Of a DNA stretch of 64,000 nt, positions 22,798 through 35,450 are shown piece by piece. The stretch lies in assembly GCF_902713615.1 (NCBI RefSeq), contig NW_024055475.1, positions 1-64,000 on the forward strand, given 5' to 3'. The first letter of the stretch is position 1; every line of letters starts with the position of its first letter. The stretch is from Scyliorhinus canicula (Eukaryota). The translations under genes and the position numbers were made by a program. Below the pieces are notes generated by a model. The model searched no databases. It saw only the letters and a program-made list of their open reading frames with translations, and was not told where the DNA came from.

Positions 22798-23670
22798 TTA
22801 TTTTAATAAAACATTTTACTGAGGTATTTGTGATTTTGTAACAATAACAGAAGAAACCGTGTACATACAAATATCTACATTGTGCAAAGGCCGTCTTCCT
22901 CACTCACAGGTTCCACCTTTCTTACACACTAATCTAAACTAAACTACCCCCCCAACCGTTTTTGCTGACAGTTAATTTTGTCTAAAGAAGTCGACGAACG
23001 GTTGCCACCTCCGGGCGAACCCTAACGTTGACCCTCTCAAGGCGAACTTGATTTTCTCCAAATTGAGAAAGCTAGCCATGTCCGATAGGCAGGTCTCCGT
23101 CTTCGGGGGCTTTGAGTCCCTCCAAGCTAATAGTATCCGTCTCCGGGCTACCAGGGAAGCAAAGGCCAGAACGTTTGCCTCTTTCTCCTCCTGGATTCCC
23201 AGGTCTTCCAACACTCCGAAAATCGCCACCTCTGGACTCGGCGCCACCCTTGTTTTAACACCATGGACATGACATCCTCAAACCCCTGCAAGAATCCCCT
23301 AAGCTTCGGGTATGCCCAGAACAAACGAACCTGGTTTGCTGGTCCTTCCGCACACCTTGCACACCTGTCTTCTGCCCCCAAAAAACCGTCATGTGGGGCC
23401 GGTGAACAACCTTAAATTGTATCAGGCTGAGCCTGGCGCATGATGTGGACGCATTGACCCTCTTTAACGCATCCGCCCAGAGACCATCCTCTATCTCTCC
23501 TCCTAACCCCTCTTCCCATTTGTGTCTCAGCTCCTGGATGTGGGTTTCCTCTGACCCCTGTCCCAGCCATACTCTGGAAACTACCCTGTCGTGTATCCCC
23601 CTTGGTGGCAGAAGCCGGAAGGTTGAGACCTGCCTGCGTAGGAAGTCCCGTGCCTGCAGGTACTTAAACT
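22798..23670 (-). mobile_element. 5'-truncated L1 ORF2 3' end inserted antisense into another L1
   Basis: CARC...LFWAYPKL...ARRRILLAWRD...W. A-rich tail at ~22800. Flanked by a 15-bp duplication GTA(C/T)AGGGTGAAATT at 22783-22797 and 23671-23685. Confidence 0.8.
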
Positions 23671-24600
23671 GTATAGGGTGAAATTAACGGGGTTAAAGCT
23701 GAAAGGTAGGGATGGCTGACGGTAGAGGCAATGGAGGTGTAAGCCGCCGGTAAGGCTGATATCATGGAATGTGCGAGCGCTCAATGGACCGGTGAAGATA
23801 TTTCGGGTCTTTGCATACCGAAGGAGTTTAAAAGTGGGGAGGGGGTCTTTCAGCAGGAGATGCTCCTACGCTTGAAGGACCAGGTTAGGCTGAGGAAGGG
23901 GTGGGTGGGTCAGGTTTTCCACTCGGGGTTTGATTCAAAGTCGCGGGTGGTGGCCATGTGGATGAGTAAGAAGACGGGGTTTGAGGGCGCGAAGGAAGTA
24001 ATAGACCCGGGTGGGAGATATGTGATAGTGAGTGGGGTATTAGCCAGTAAGCTGGTGGTATTGGTGAATGTGTATGCACCGACTTGGAACAATGTAGTTT
24101 TTATGTGGGTTTCTGGAACGATCCCCGACTTGACCACGCGCCAGTTGAATATGGGAAGATATTTTAATTGTGTACTAGAACCGACGGTAGACAGGTCGAG
24201 CCCCAGGTAAATGGATAGAATATAAACGGCAAAGGAGTTGGGCGGGTCTATAGAAAAGATGGTGATGGTGGACCCGTGGTGCTTCAAGAACCCAGGCGGA
24301 AAGGAGCATCCCTTTTTGTCACATATGTAGGGTTCAGGGTGGTTTTGGATGGGGTGAAGGAGGCAGAGTACACGGCGATAGTAATCTCGGATCATGCGCC
24401 CCACTGGCTGGAGATTCAGCTCAGATCGGCACGAGAGCAAGCGCCGGGTGGAGGCTCGATTCGGGGTTGTTGCCAGATAGAGGGTATTGGGACAAAGTGC
24501 AGACTGTGATTAAAGATTATGCGAGGAGGAAAAAGCTGCAGGGGCATTCGATAGGTTGACAAAGGGGAAGGTGGTAGGACAGCTGCCAATGCAGGAAGAT
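23671..24600 (+). mobile_element. L1 ORF2 endonuclease region, degenerate
   Basis: SWNVR..., QE...L, DPGGRYV, LVNVYAP and ISDHAP motifs, broken by frameshifts. Confidence 0.8.
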
Positions 24601-26864
24601 ACGGGCCCTTCAGTTTTTGTCTTCCATGCTATGTGTCAGTGTAGATCGCTCCCATTCAGGCTTTGTTTAAATGGGCAGATTATCTTATGAGGAAAGGTTG
24701 GACAGACTAGCCTTGTATCAGCTGGGGTTTAGAAGAGGAATAGGCTACTTGATTGAAATGCGGGGGTTGACACGGTGGCTGTGAAAAGGATATTTCCTCT
24801 TGTGGCAGATTCTGGAAGTAAGCTTCACTGTTTCAAAATAAAGGTCGCCCACCCAAAGCAGAAGTAAGGACATTTTCTTTCCCCATCTTGAACTTTCTTC
24901 CTCAAAAGGCCGTGGATGCAAAGCCGTTGAATATTCTTGAGGCAGAGGTAGATAGGTTCTCACTGGGCAAGGGGTGAAAGGCTGTCGGAGGTAGGTTTGA
25001 CAGTGGATTGAGGTTGATTTCAGCTCTGCCGTTACTTAATGATGAAATTCCAATTGGAGATGAGTCAGATCTACACTGTGTGAACTGTTCAATTTCACAG
25101 CGTCAGGGACACGGGGTCGAATCTGACCCTGCCGAGTGATGAATTCCTTACTTGCACAGCGCCGTCGACCAAATCTTTAAACTCGGAGAGTCAGTAGGCA
25201 GTGAGCTGATACACCTCTGGGGCTTCTATCTGCTAGCTGGCAGGGAAATAGCTCAGATATTCACCCCTCGCAGTGGAAGGGCTGATCCATTGAAGGATGC
25301 TTAGATCAGCGCAATGTCCAACAATCTATATTGTCAATGTTTTGAGGCCAGCCGGTCACTGGGCTGCTACATAGAATGAACCACATTCACCTGCAGAGGT
25401 ACATTGCTCAGGTTTTCATAATTGATACTGGTATGTTGCTCAGATCTACCTTTCATTCATTCACATGTTTTATATTGCTGCATCATTTTTAATCGCTGTC
25501 TGCTTTCCTATTCTCTGTCTGTACTTTTTAAGGCACAACTATTCCCATCTGTCCTATCGTTTCTTCGGCCCCTCCACCGCATCTTTGTGATTCCTGCTGC
25601 CAGCTGGAGACTCACCCTATCTAATTCACACATTCCCTTTAGATCTTGTCATTTCTATGCTATAAGGTGATTTCTACCAGATTTGAAGAATTTTCAAAGT
25701 CTCAGTAACCTTTAATTCCTCGATCTGATCTTCCCATCCAAGCCTAATATGAAGGAAATAATGATTCGAACAGAAATATGACTGATAAACGAATAGTATA
25801 TCTCTCTCTCCCTCTCCGATCAAGTTTTCGGTCTGATTTGATTCTGCAGTTAAGTTTTCTCAGCCAATCCTGGATGTAGTTTGTTGACGGTTTCATAGGA
25901 GGTTAATTTGGTTACCTCTGTGTGTTTGAGCGGCCATCAACGTCATTTTTTTTACATCGAATTTACAGTGCAGAAGGAGGCCATTCGGCCCATCGAGTCT
26001 GCACCGGCTCCTGGAAAGAGCATCCTACCCAAGGTTAACACATCCACCCTATCCCCAAAACCCAGTAACCCCACCCAACACTAAGGGGAATTTTGGTCAC
26101 TAAGGGCAATTTATCATGACCAATCCACCGAACCTGCACATCTTTGGACTTTGGACACATTTTCTGATCCCAATCTCCCCGTCCAATGAAACAATCTCAA
26201 ATCTGCCTGTGATTTCCTCAGATAAGATTTGAATGAGTTTCCGTGATCACCCGAATCTTTTTGACCAACAATATTAAATCTCTGAGGATGAAGACAGTCA
26301 GTAAGTGAACACAGTCTCTGGTGTGAGGGAGAATCAGTGAGGGAGAATCAGCGGTTTTATCTGATCTGCTCCACTCGGTCATTGTGCATGTTGTTTAATT
26401 TTAAGACGGCTCACGAAGAACATTAATATCATTGCCATGTTGGTGGCCTGTTAACACGGAGCTATTCGCTCTGAACGGGAGATTTCCTTCGGTTGCTATT
26501 GTAATTGAAACATTATACTGATTGGACATTCGCGTATTTGCGATTACGGTCACACATCTCTCAGTGGAGGTTTCCACAGAGAGGTCCCAGGATATTTTCT
26601 CGATTATGTTAATCTGCGCCCTCAGTTCATTTGCCTCGTCGTTAAGACTCCTCGCATAAAAGCAAATGCAATCCAGCCTTGCCATATTGCCTTGTGTCTT
26701 CACTCTGCCTCCCACGCTGATTTGGTATTTATCCTCTATTTGGCTGTTTATGACCCTGAGAAAAGTTTAACCAAACATACCCTGATGGACAAGCCAGTTC
26801 CAGTGAACAGAGCGAATGAGTGAATTGATCATGGTCAGTGATTCTGGAGCTTGACTCAGCGGCT

Positions 26865-26936
26865 TCCCTGGTGGTCTAGTGGTTAGGATTCGGTGCTTTC
26901 ACCGCCGTGGCCCGGGTTCGATTCCCGGTCAGGGAA
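26865..26936 (+). tRNA. tRNA-Glu-TTC: tRNA-Glu(TTC), gene or young pseudogene
   Basis: TCCCTGGTGGTCTAGTGGTTAGGATTCGGTGCTTTCACCGCCGTGGCCCGGGTTCGATTCCCGGTCAGGGAA, 72 nt, folds as a cloverleaf with anticodon TTC. Two apparent CpG-to-TpG changes relative to the vertebrate tRNA-Glu as I recall it; no T4 terminator directly downstream. Confidence 0.88.
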
Positions 26937-27589
26937 TTGTTCTTGTTGCTGCTATGTGAACTGTCACAATGATGTGTTCCATCGGCATTTCATGTGAGGT
27001 CAAGATTAGGAATCAGATCTGGAATTTTGTTTTTATTCCATTTAACCGAGAATTCATTTTCCAGACATTCATCGTAAATTACGATTAATGTACAGGATTA
27101 GAACTTTCCTGGAGGTTCGAATCAGTTTTCGGATCTATCACCTTAACCAGTGAGCCAATGGTACAGCCCAGGCATGGAAACTAATGGTGTTCTGATAAAA
27201 TCATAGCCTCAATTGCAGAATGAAATAATATTTACTTCTGACACTTTCAATTCTTTCCGCCCATGACTGATTCTCTCCGTGGTTCTCTCTGTGCAGTATT
27301 CTCTGTGGTTTACATAGTATAGAAATTGGGGGAGAGGAATAGACCGTTCGGCCCAACTAAATTGTGTCTGCGCATGTACTCCAGACCAGACTGTCCCCTC
27401 CCGTCCGATATCTAATTGACCATTTCCATCCAGCTCCCTGTGTCCGTCTAGTCTGTTCTCTTTCCAGTATTTCCAAGTCTTCCCATAAATGTATCAATAC
27501 TCTCTGCTCCAAGCTCCATGTGGCAACAGGTTCCATCTTCTCACAATCCTGTATTTAAATTTCTTCTACTTCATATCTGCCTCTGTTCG

Positions 27590-28400
27590 GTTACTCATAT
27601 ATATCAACACAGAAAACTGGTGCAGGAGCAGACCATTCTTCGAGCCTGCACCACCACTCAAATGTTCATGGCTGATAATGCAAATCCCATCTCACACTAC
27701 GACTTTCTTTCCATTCCCCTCGCTCCCTTTAGTCGCAAGGGCCACTTCCAGCTCCCTCTTGAATATATCGAACAAACTGGCCCTCACTGCTTTCTGTGGC
27801 AGAGACTTCAATAAGTCGACAACTCTGTAAGAGAAGAAGTTCTGCCTCATCTCAGACCTGAATGGCGCATTCTTTATTCATCGGCTGTGACCCCTAGTCC
27901 CAACATCGGGAACATTCATCCCGCATCTAACCCGTGCAGTCCCATCAGGATTGTATATGTATCCAGGATTCTATATGTTGTATATGTTTCTATGAGATCC
28001 CCTCTCATTCTGAACAGGCGCCGGAATGTGGCGACTAGGAGCTTTTCACAGTAACTTCATTTGAAGTCTACTTGTGACAATAAGCGATTTTCATTTCATT
28101 TCATTTCATTTCTTCTAAACTCCAGTGAGTCCAAACCCAGTCGATCCAATCTTTCTTCATATGTCAGTTCTGCCATCCCGGAAATTAGTCTGGTGAACTT
28201 TCGCTGGACATGCTCAAAAGCAAGAATGTCTTTCCTCAAACTAAAACTACACACAATACTCAAGGTGCGGCCTCACCAAGGCTCCATATAACTGTTGAAA
28301 GCAATCCCACCTCCTATGCTCAAACCTTCTCTATCTGAAGGCCAGAATACCATAGGCTTTCCTCGTCGCCTGCTGTACCTGCATGCCAACCTTCAACGAC
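27590..28400 (-). mobile_element. CR1 3' fragment(s) with an inserted SINE tail at ~28015-28110
   Basis: The reverse complement has RPHLEYCV-like and RRNFF-like segments. Confidence 0.7.
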
Positions 28401-28911
28401 TGTACATGTGAGGTTACCCTCCTTGGTGGCAAAGAGAAGAAGGCAGATTAGTCTTTGAATGATGGCAGTTTAGGAAACTGGGAAGTGCAACAAGACCTGG
28501 GTGTCCTGGTGGGACAGTTGTTATTGATACTCCACGAGGGCGATATGCTGGCGCAGTGGTTAGCATTGCTACCTCACGGCGCCGAGGACCTGGGTTCGAA
28601 CCGCTGGGGCCACTGCCGTATAGAGCTTGCACATTCTCCGCGTGTCTGCGTGGACCTCACCCCAACCCAAACATGTGCAGGATAGGTATATTGGCCATGC
28701 TAAATTATCACTTGATCTGAAAAATTATAAATAAAGACCATATGTATTTTTATATTGCATTAGATCTTGTCACCACCATGCCTCCCTCGTGGAGTATTAA
28801 TAACAACATAACACAGTGTAGTATAAACAGTGGCCAAATCAAGTGCGATATGAGCAGTGGCATGGTGTGTTACAGCAGAAACTGATACTGCACCTACTAT
28901 AATGAAATAAA

Positions 28912-29110
28912 AGAGAAAATGCTGGAAAATCTCAGCAGGTCTGACATCATCTCTATGGAGAAAAAAGAGCTAACGTTTCGAGTCCAATGACTACTTTGAC
29001 AAAGAGTCTTTCGACTCGAAACTTTAGCTCTTTTCTCTCCCTATAGATGCTGCCAGACCTGCTGAGATTTTCCAGCATTATCTCTTGTGTTTCAGATTGC
29101 AGCATCCGCA
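28912..29110. mobile_element. Palindromic (hairpin) non-autonomous element
   Basis: Arm 28912-28984 (AATGCTGGAAAATCTCAGCAGGTCTG...GTTTCGAGTC) is the reverse complement of 29013-29085, with a ~28-nt loop. Confidence 0.75.
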
Positions 29111-30088
29111 GTAATTTGTTTTCATATTATAATGAAATGATACACTAAGCTAGACAATGCCTCTGTAGTTTACGAGGTGCAATCTCAGGTAATACCACAC
29201 AGCACCATGCATCATCGAAATAGGAAAACATTTTAGATAGTAGTAGTAGAAGGCCATTCGGCCCTTCGGCCCTTCGAGCCGGTTCCTCCATCCAACGTGA
29301 TCACAATGGGTTCTCTATCAACACTGTACCCCAGCACATTTTCCACACACTTTGACACATTTAGTGTTCTATTTCCTTCTTAAATATATTCAGTAATATT
29401 GCCTGCACAGCCCACTGTCCGAAAAATGTTCATTTTTAGATTTTATGGATCGTGCCTCCATTTTCACTGCACTTCTTGTTATTGCTTCTGAGTCATGTCT
29501 CGGTAATTACTTGCCCAATGTTATCGGAATTGATATTCCACCAGCCACCTATCAATTGTTTATTCACTAGAAACTTTAAACTCATACTGGAACATCTGAA
29601 GGCACTTTCAGAATGGATGGTTTCCGAGGATAAACAAAGGGGTCTGCTGTGTGCACATGGCGCAGCATTTGCCTGCGCTCCGCTCGACCTCATACGCCCT
29701 CCCATGTTTGCGATTAGTTATTTCAAGTTCTTTCCTCGCAAATATATTTCAATATTTGTGTATCAATGCAGCACTAAACACCAGAACACTTACATATACG
29801 CAAACCACGTCAACGTATCCGTCAACGAAAAGCACAATATGACAGATATTGAAAGAGACAGATTTTTATCAGAGATCAGACTTCAGCTCAGAGTTAACAA
29901 GAGGTGTTTTGATTGATGGAGGCGCAGAGAATTATCTTGGGGCTGGGAGGGACTGCAAAAGTTGCAGTCAGCAGTTCACCCCAGGGAACAAATGAAAGGC
30001 ATGGACTCGTCTCTTAATTTGTTTATTCACTGATCTGTAACTAAAGTGCATGTTGGAATTTAATTGCCCCTCTGGAGACTCTCACTGG

Positions 30089-30094
30089 TATAAA
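30089..30094 (+). promoter_or_regulatory. TATA box of the GPCR gene
   Basis: TATAAA ~75 nt upstream of the ATG at 30167. Confidence 0.45.
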
Positions 30095-30166
30095 TGAGGG
30101 ACCCTTTGGAAGTCTTGCAGATCTAATATGTGCACCTTGCAGAATTTAATTGGTTCCTGAAAGACG

Positions 30167-32740
30167 ATGCATGGACCAGCGAATGGACCATTTTCTGCCA
30201 TTTATTACCCGGCACTCGCTATTATTGGTTTCCCAGGTAAGAGCAGAATCTCAACTGCAATATTTATTTTTCTTCTGAATCTCCAGAATTCTTATCTCTT
30301 CCCTTTAAGGATCGTGCTGAAAAGTTTCTGCATTACGATATATTAGAGTGCATCATTTAATTTTGTATTACAGAGCAGGACAATAAATGGTCAATAAATT
30401 ACCCTTCACACTTATAGAACAATTGTTTATTAGACTGCAGAAATATGAGTTATAATGTTTAGCATTGTGCGGACGTTATATTGTTAAACAGTGCAACACA
30501 TTTGCTACAAATCGTTATTGAGCTGCAGGATGGCACAGGAATGGGGAGGGACTAGTCTAATAAGCCGCATGAGGTAAGTGAAACAATCAAGAGAATGCTG
30601 AAATAGAGGCTTTGTTAGGCAATCATAGAATCAGTTCAAATGGAGGCGATTCGAACATGTACCAAACTCTGAAAAGAGTACTGCGCACAGGCTCAGTCCC
30701 CTCCGCTTTCCCAATAACCCCTTAGCCTCACCTAACCTACACATCTGCTTTAGACACTGAGGGGCAATTTAGAATAGCCAATCCAGCTAAACTGCACATC
30801 GTTGGGCTGTGAGAGGCACCCAGAGGAAACCACACAGACACAGTGAGAAAGTAAAAACTCCACAGACAGTAACCCAAGGTCAGAATTGAACCCAGGGCCC
30901 TGGCGCTGTGATCGAAGGCAGTACATTTACAATGGCTGAACGGGATGTGGTATGAGTTATTCATTAGGAACAACAGTTTTGGATCATTGAATCATAGCAT
31001 TTACAGTGCACAAGGAGGCCACTCGGCCCATCGAGTCGACACCGGTCCTTGGAAAGAGCACCCCACCCAAGCCCACACCTCCACCGTATCCCCGTTACCC
31101 AGTAACCCCACCCAAACTTCCTGGACACGTAAAGGCAATTTCGCATGGCCAATCCACTTAACCTGCACATCTTTGGAATGTAGGAGGAAACCGGAGCACC
31201 CGGAGGAGACCCACGCAGACACGGGGAGATGTGAAGACTCTGCACAGACAGTGACCCAAGCCGGGAATGGAACCTCAGACTTTGGAGCTGTGAAGCAACT
31301 GTGCTAACCACTATGCTACCGTACCGCCCCTTTCAGTTGAGTTCACTGGCGATGCAAATTGGAAGGATAGACATATGAAAGTGGTAAATAAGGGTTTGAA
31401 TAGCTCTTAAGCTAAGGCAGACTTTCAGACCGACGATACCATAGGGCTGTGGAGAAATGTCGAAGTATGCAGTGTTGGTGCTTATGACCGACGGGTTTGG
31501 GAATGTGGGCGTTTGGAAGTTCAGCCCACGGTCAAACAAGACTTGAATATTGTAAATGGTCTCTAACTTTAGAGGATGGCCAGCCACGGGAATCGACCCA
31601 GTGGCCAGAGAGCGGAGTTTGTTGCAGGGACTGATTGTGATATTTTATGAATTGACAAACGTTTAATCCAGCATTGGATTTGCATCAAGTAGTAATGGTT
31701 TTGGAATAATTGAAATCTGGAGGTGCGAAATGGACAGGTCAGGAGGGTTTCGGTAGCGGAATGGATCAGGGAGTCGCTGGTTTTTGGAGTCTGCTCAGTG
31801 ACGCCATTCTCTTTTCTCTCTTACAGCCAACTTGATGGCGATCATCATCCTATCCCGAGGACGGTGCGGACTCTCTCGGTGTATCACCTACTACCTGGCA
31901 GCGATAGCAGTGACTGATTTCCTTGTCATGGTCACCGCTGTTATCCTCAACCGGGTTGGTGGCATTTACTTTAGATACAGCGTCCTATCGATCACCCCCG
32001 GATGCGCTGTCAGCACCGTGCTCGTTTATGCGACCCGTGATGGTTCAGTATGGCTGACCGTGGCCTTCACCTTCGACCGTTTTGTATCCATCTGCTGTCA
32101 GAGACTGAAGAGCCGATACTGCACCGAGAAAACGGCACTGCTGGTCATAGGAATGGTCATTACCTTGAGCTACGCCAAGAACATCCCTTTGTACTTCACC
32201 TACCAGCCCTTGTACATATTGGACGAGATTCCCTGGTTCTGTGATATTAAGTCCAGCTATTACACGATCCCATCGTGGCAAGCTTATGACTGGCTCGACC
32301 ACATATTAACCCCTTTTCTTCCGTTCTTCTTTATTCTGATGCTCAACGCCCTGACTGTAAGGCACATTGTAGAGGCCAGCAGAGCCCGCATGAGGCTGAA
32401 GGGCTCAGAGAGTGACGGAGATCCAGAGATAGCCAACCGCAAGAAGTCGATTGTCCTGCTCTTGGCCATCTCGCTCAGCTTCCTCCTCCTGTGGGTCACA
32501 TATGTTGGACATTTCCTATACGTTCGGGTTACAGGTGAGGCCTACTTCACCGGTCTGGATTTCAATGACCCACACTTCATATTTCAAGAAACGACCAACA
32601 TGCTTCAGTTACTCAGTTCCTGCAACAACACCTTCATCTATGCAGTAGCCCAGACCAAGTTCCGAAATGAGCTGAAGAAGTTGCTCATGTTTCCTTTCGC
32701 CATTTTCACCAGTTGCTTTAAGTTAAACGATGTTTCATGA
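30167..32740 (+). CDS. Class A orphan GPCR, GPR139/GPR142-like, 327 aa, two exons
   Basis: Exon 1 30167-30236 (MHGPANGPFSAIYYPALAIIGFP, G|GTAAG). Exon 2 31827-32740 (TTACAG|CC AAC, giving ...GFPANLMAIIIL). Seven hydrophobic segments, FDRF (DRY equivalent), NNTFIY (NPxxY equivalent). AATAAA at 32841. The family label comes from recalled motifs. Confidence 0.88.
30730..31330 (-). mobile_element. Two HE1-like SINEs in the GPCR intron
   Basis: Reverse-complement SINE cores at ~30730-30910 and ~30980-31330. Confidence 0.8.
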
Positions 32741-32999
32741 TCAAGTTAAGGACTATTAATATGTTTCAAAGTAGATAAAGTATGAAATCACACTTGCTTA
32801 CTAAGATGATAAAGCCACAATAATTCACGACCCTGAACAAAATAAACTTTATAATAGATACAGAAACATTAAACTATTTGAACACAAATCTTGTATTCCA
32901 GCATTCAGAATTAACATGAAATAGCAGGGAAAGAGTGGTCGAACAAACCACATTGCACGTTCAATAGCAGATGTAAACGATTTTTAAAAATAGTTTTAT

Positions 33000-34080
33000 T
33001 GCAGTTGTTGCTTTTGATTTCACACACTATACAATAGACAAGGGTGTGTGTATCGGGTACAATATACAAGAACATTCCACCCTCCCCCCCCCCCCACTCC
33101 TTGACCACCCCCACGTTTTTGTTGTCTTGATATGATTTATTCGATTGCATATCTTACAGATAGGTGAATGTCACCTATTTAAATATATTCAGCTCTTTCC
33201 CCTTCGCCTTCCCTTCCCTCACTTTGCCAATTGGCCCCGCTCCCACCCCACACCCCACCGACCCATTTTCGGTGTTTCTTTGGGAGTTCTGTTCTTTGTG
33301 CTCTTACTCTAGGCCCCCTATTATCCATGCCCCAGCCTCCCTCGCCTGCCTCCCCCAACTCTCCTCCCAATCTGTTCCCTGGTGTCGCGTTTGCTTCCCC
33401 CCCCCCCCCCCCCCAACCACACACTTCTCCTCGCTCTTTTGGCTGTTGACTTCGTAACGGTCCTGAAATAGTTCTGGCTGGTCCGAAAGCCGGAAGGTTG
33501 CCATTCCCCAGGCACCAATCCACCCTCACCCCCATAACGTTGGACATTGCCTCGATTAAGGCTGTCCAAAACCCGTGAAGTCTGGGAAAGGCCCAGAACA
33601 TGTGGGTGTGGTTGATAGGGCCTTTCTGGCACCGTTCACATCTGTCCTCCACCTCCAGGAAGAAACTGTTCTTTCGGGTCCTTGTCAGGTGCGCCCTATG
33701 CACCACGTTAATTTGCATGAGTCGTAGCCTTATGCAAGCAGAGGTGGAGTTGGCCCTGTTCAGGGCTTCGCCCCAGAGTCCCCACCCTATTTTCATCCAA
33801 TGTTCTTTGTAACATTTTTCACGTGTTTCGTCCAGTGGGGAGTGTATCCTTTCTAATAGTTGTCGATACAGGTCCCCGGAGTCCCCGCTCTCAGGTTACA
33901 CAAGTACAGTATTCCCTCTAACATTGTGCTTCTCGGGGTCCGTGGGTATGCTGTAGCCTCCTTGCAGAGAAGGTTCATAACCTGTAGGTGAAAAAGTTCG
34001 TCCACGCTGGGCAGCTGCAGTCTCTGCCTCGTTCCTCTAAGGTCGCTAGCCTGTCCTCTGTGTAGATGTCCCAGACCGTC
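33000..34080 (-). mobile_element. L1 ORF2 3' fragment
   Basis: DRCERC...HTHMFWAFPRL and QQPKER...RPRV. Same family as 22798-23670. Confidence 0.8.
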
Positions 34081-34099
34081 AGTGAGCGGATCAAAACAA

Positions 34100-34860
34100 G
34101 ACAGATCACAGGGATGTTCAGTTAATTTCGGGAGATTGTATCAGAGGGAATTGAGCAGGCAGAGAGCATCCCTGGAATGGCGCCCAGTAAGTTTACAGAG
34201 ATAGTATCAGAGTGAGGGAGTCGCTAGTTATGTTGGATGGCTGGCTGGTTGTGAAGCAGACAACCTGAGTTCAATTAGTGCCCAGGCTGATGTGATAAAT
34301 CAAAGCAACGCCTTCTCAGCCTTGCCCCTCGGCTGAGGTGCAGTGATTCTCAGATAAAATCACCACAATTCACCTCTCTCGCAAAAAGGCAAAGCAGCCT
34401 ATGGTCCTCGGGGACTTTTATTTCTTTTGATCTGAGGAAGATAGATTCCCTGAAATGAGTGCAGGGGGATGTATTCAGACGGCAGAGAGCACGGCGACAG
34501 GATCTCTACGGCGATGTTCCCCTAGTTCAGGGGGATGGTATCAGAGAGAATGGAGCAGGGAGAGAGGATCCCTGGGATGATGTTCAGTGAGTTCAGGGGG
34601 ATGGTATCAGAGGGAATGGAGCCGGGAGAGAGGATCCCTGGGATGACGTTCAGTGAGTTCACGGGATGGTGTCAGGGGAATTGGAGCAAGGTGAGAAGAT
34701 CCCTGGGATGATGTTCAGTGAGTTCAGGGGGATGGTGTAAGAGGGACCGGAATAGTATCCCTGGGGTGATGTTCAGTGAGTTCTGCGAGGTGGTATCACA
34801 GAGTTCAGCAGGGATATGCCTGGCTGGTATTTCACGCGTTCAGGGCTAGGTATCAGAGGG
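34100..34860 (+). repeat. Degenerate ~65-bp tandem repeat interrupted by a SINE-like insert (~34225-34415)
   Basis: Unit GGGATGATGTTCAGTGAGTTCAGGGGGATGGTATCAGAGGGAATGGAGC... with anchors at 34581, 34647, 34712 and 34770. Confidence 0.75.
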
Positions 34861-35124
34861 AATGCAGTTTATTATAGATAAATGCATCCCCGCTAATTCA
34901 GGCAGAGTCAGTTTTAATGGGTACAAAATGTAAAGCTTGCAGCCGTCAGATAGTGTATTTACCTTAAAATTCAGTTGACGTATGTACCAGAACAGGGTGA
35001 CAAAGCGTCTATGTGTATGTTTCCAAGAAAATGCAAGCTTCAGGCTCTGGATTAGATAGGTATTATTCGCTAGTAACAATTCCCATGTTTCCTGCTTCTT
35101 TATTGTGTCTGATTAACGAGTGTC

Positions 35125-35450
35125 ATGGGCCGCACAGTGGCACAGTCAGCATTGCTGCCTGACAGCGCCAAGGACCCCGGGTTCAATTCCGACCTTGGGT
35201 AACTATCTGTGTGGAGTTTGCATGTTCTCCCGAGTCTGCGTGGTTTTCCTCTGGGACTTCCTGTTTCCTCCCGCCGTCCAAAGATATGCGGTTATGTGCA
35301 TTGGCTATGCTAAATTGCCGCTTAGTGTCCAAAGGTTAGGTGAGGTTATGGGTTACAGGGGTGGGAAAATGGGCCGAGGTTGGGTGCTCCTTCTGAGGGT
35401 CGATGTAGGCTCAATGGGCCAAATGGCCTCCTTCTGCACTGTAGGGAATC
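35125..35450 (+). mobile_element. HE1-like SINE
   Basis: A/B boxes, core and tail. Confidence 0.75.

Noticed and set aside
29452-29916. 154-aa ORF with a signal-peptide-like start
   Set aside because: GTG start, no recognisable domain or splice structure, and it lies in the GPCR upstream region. Likely chance.
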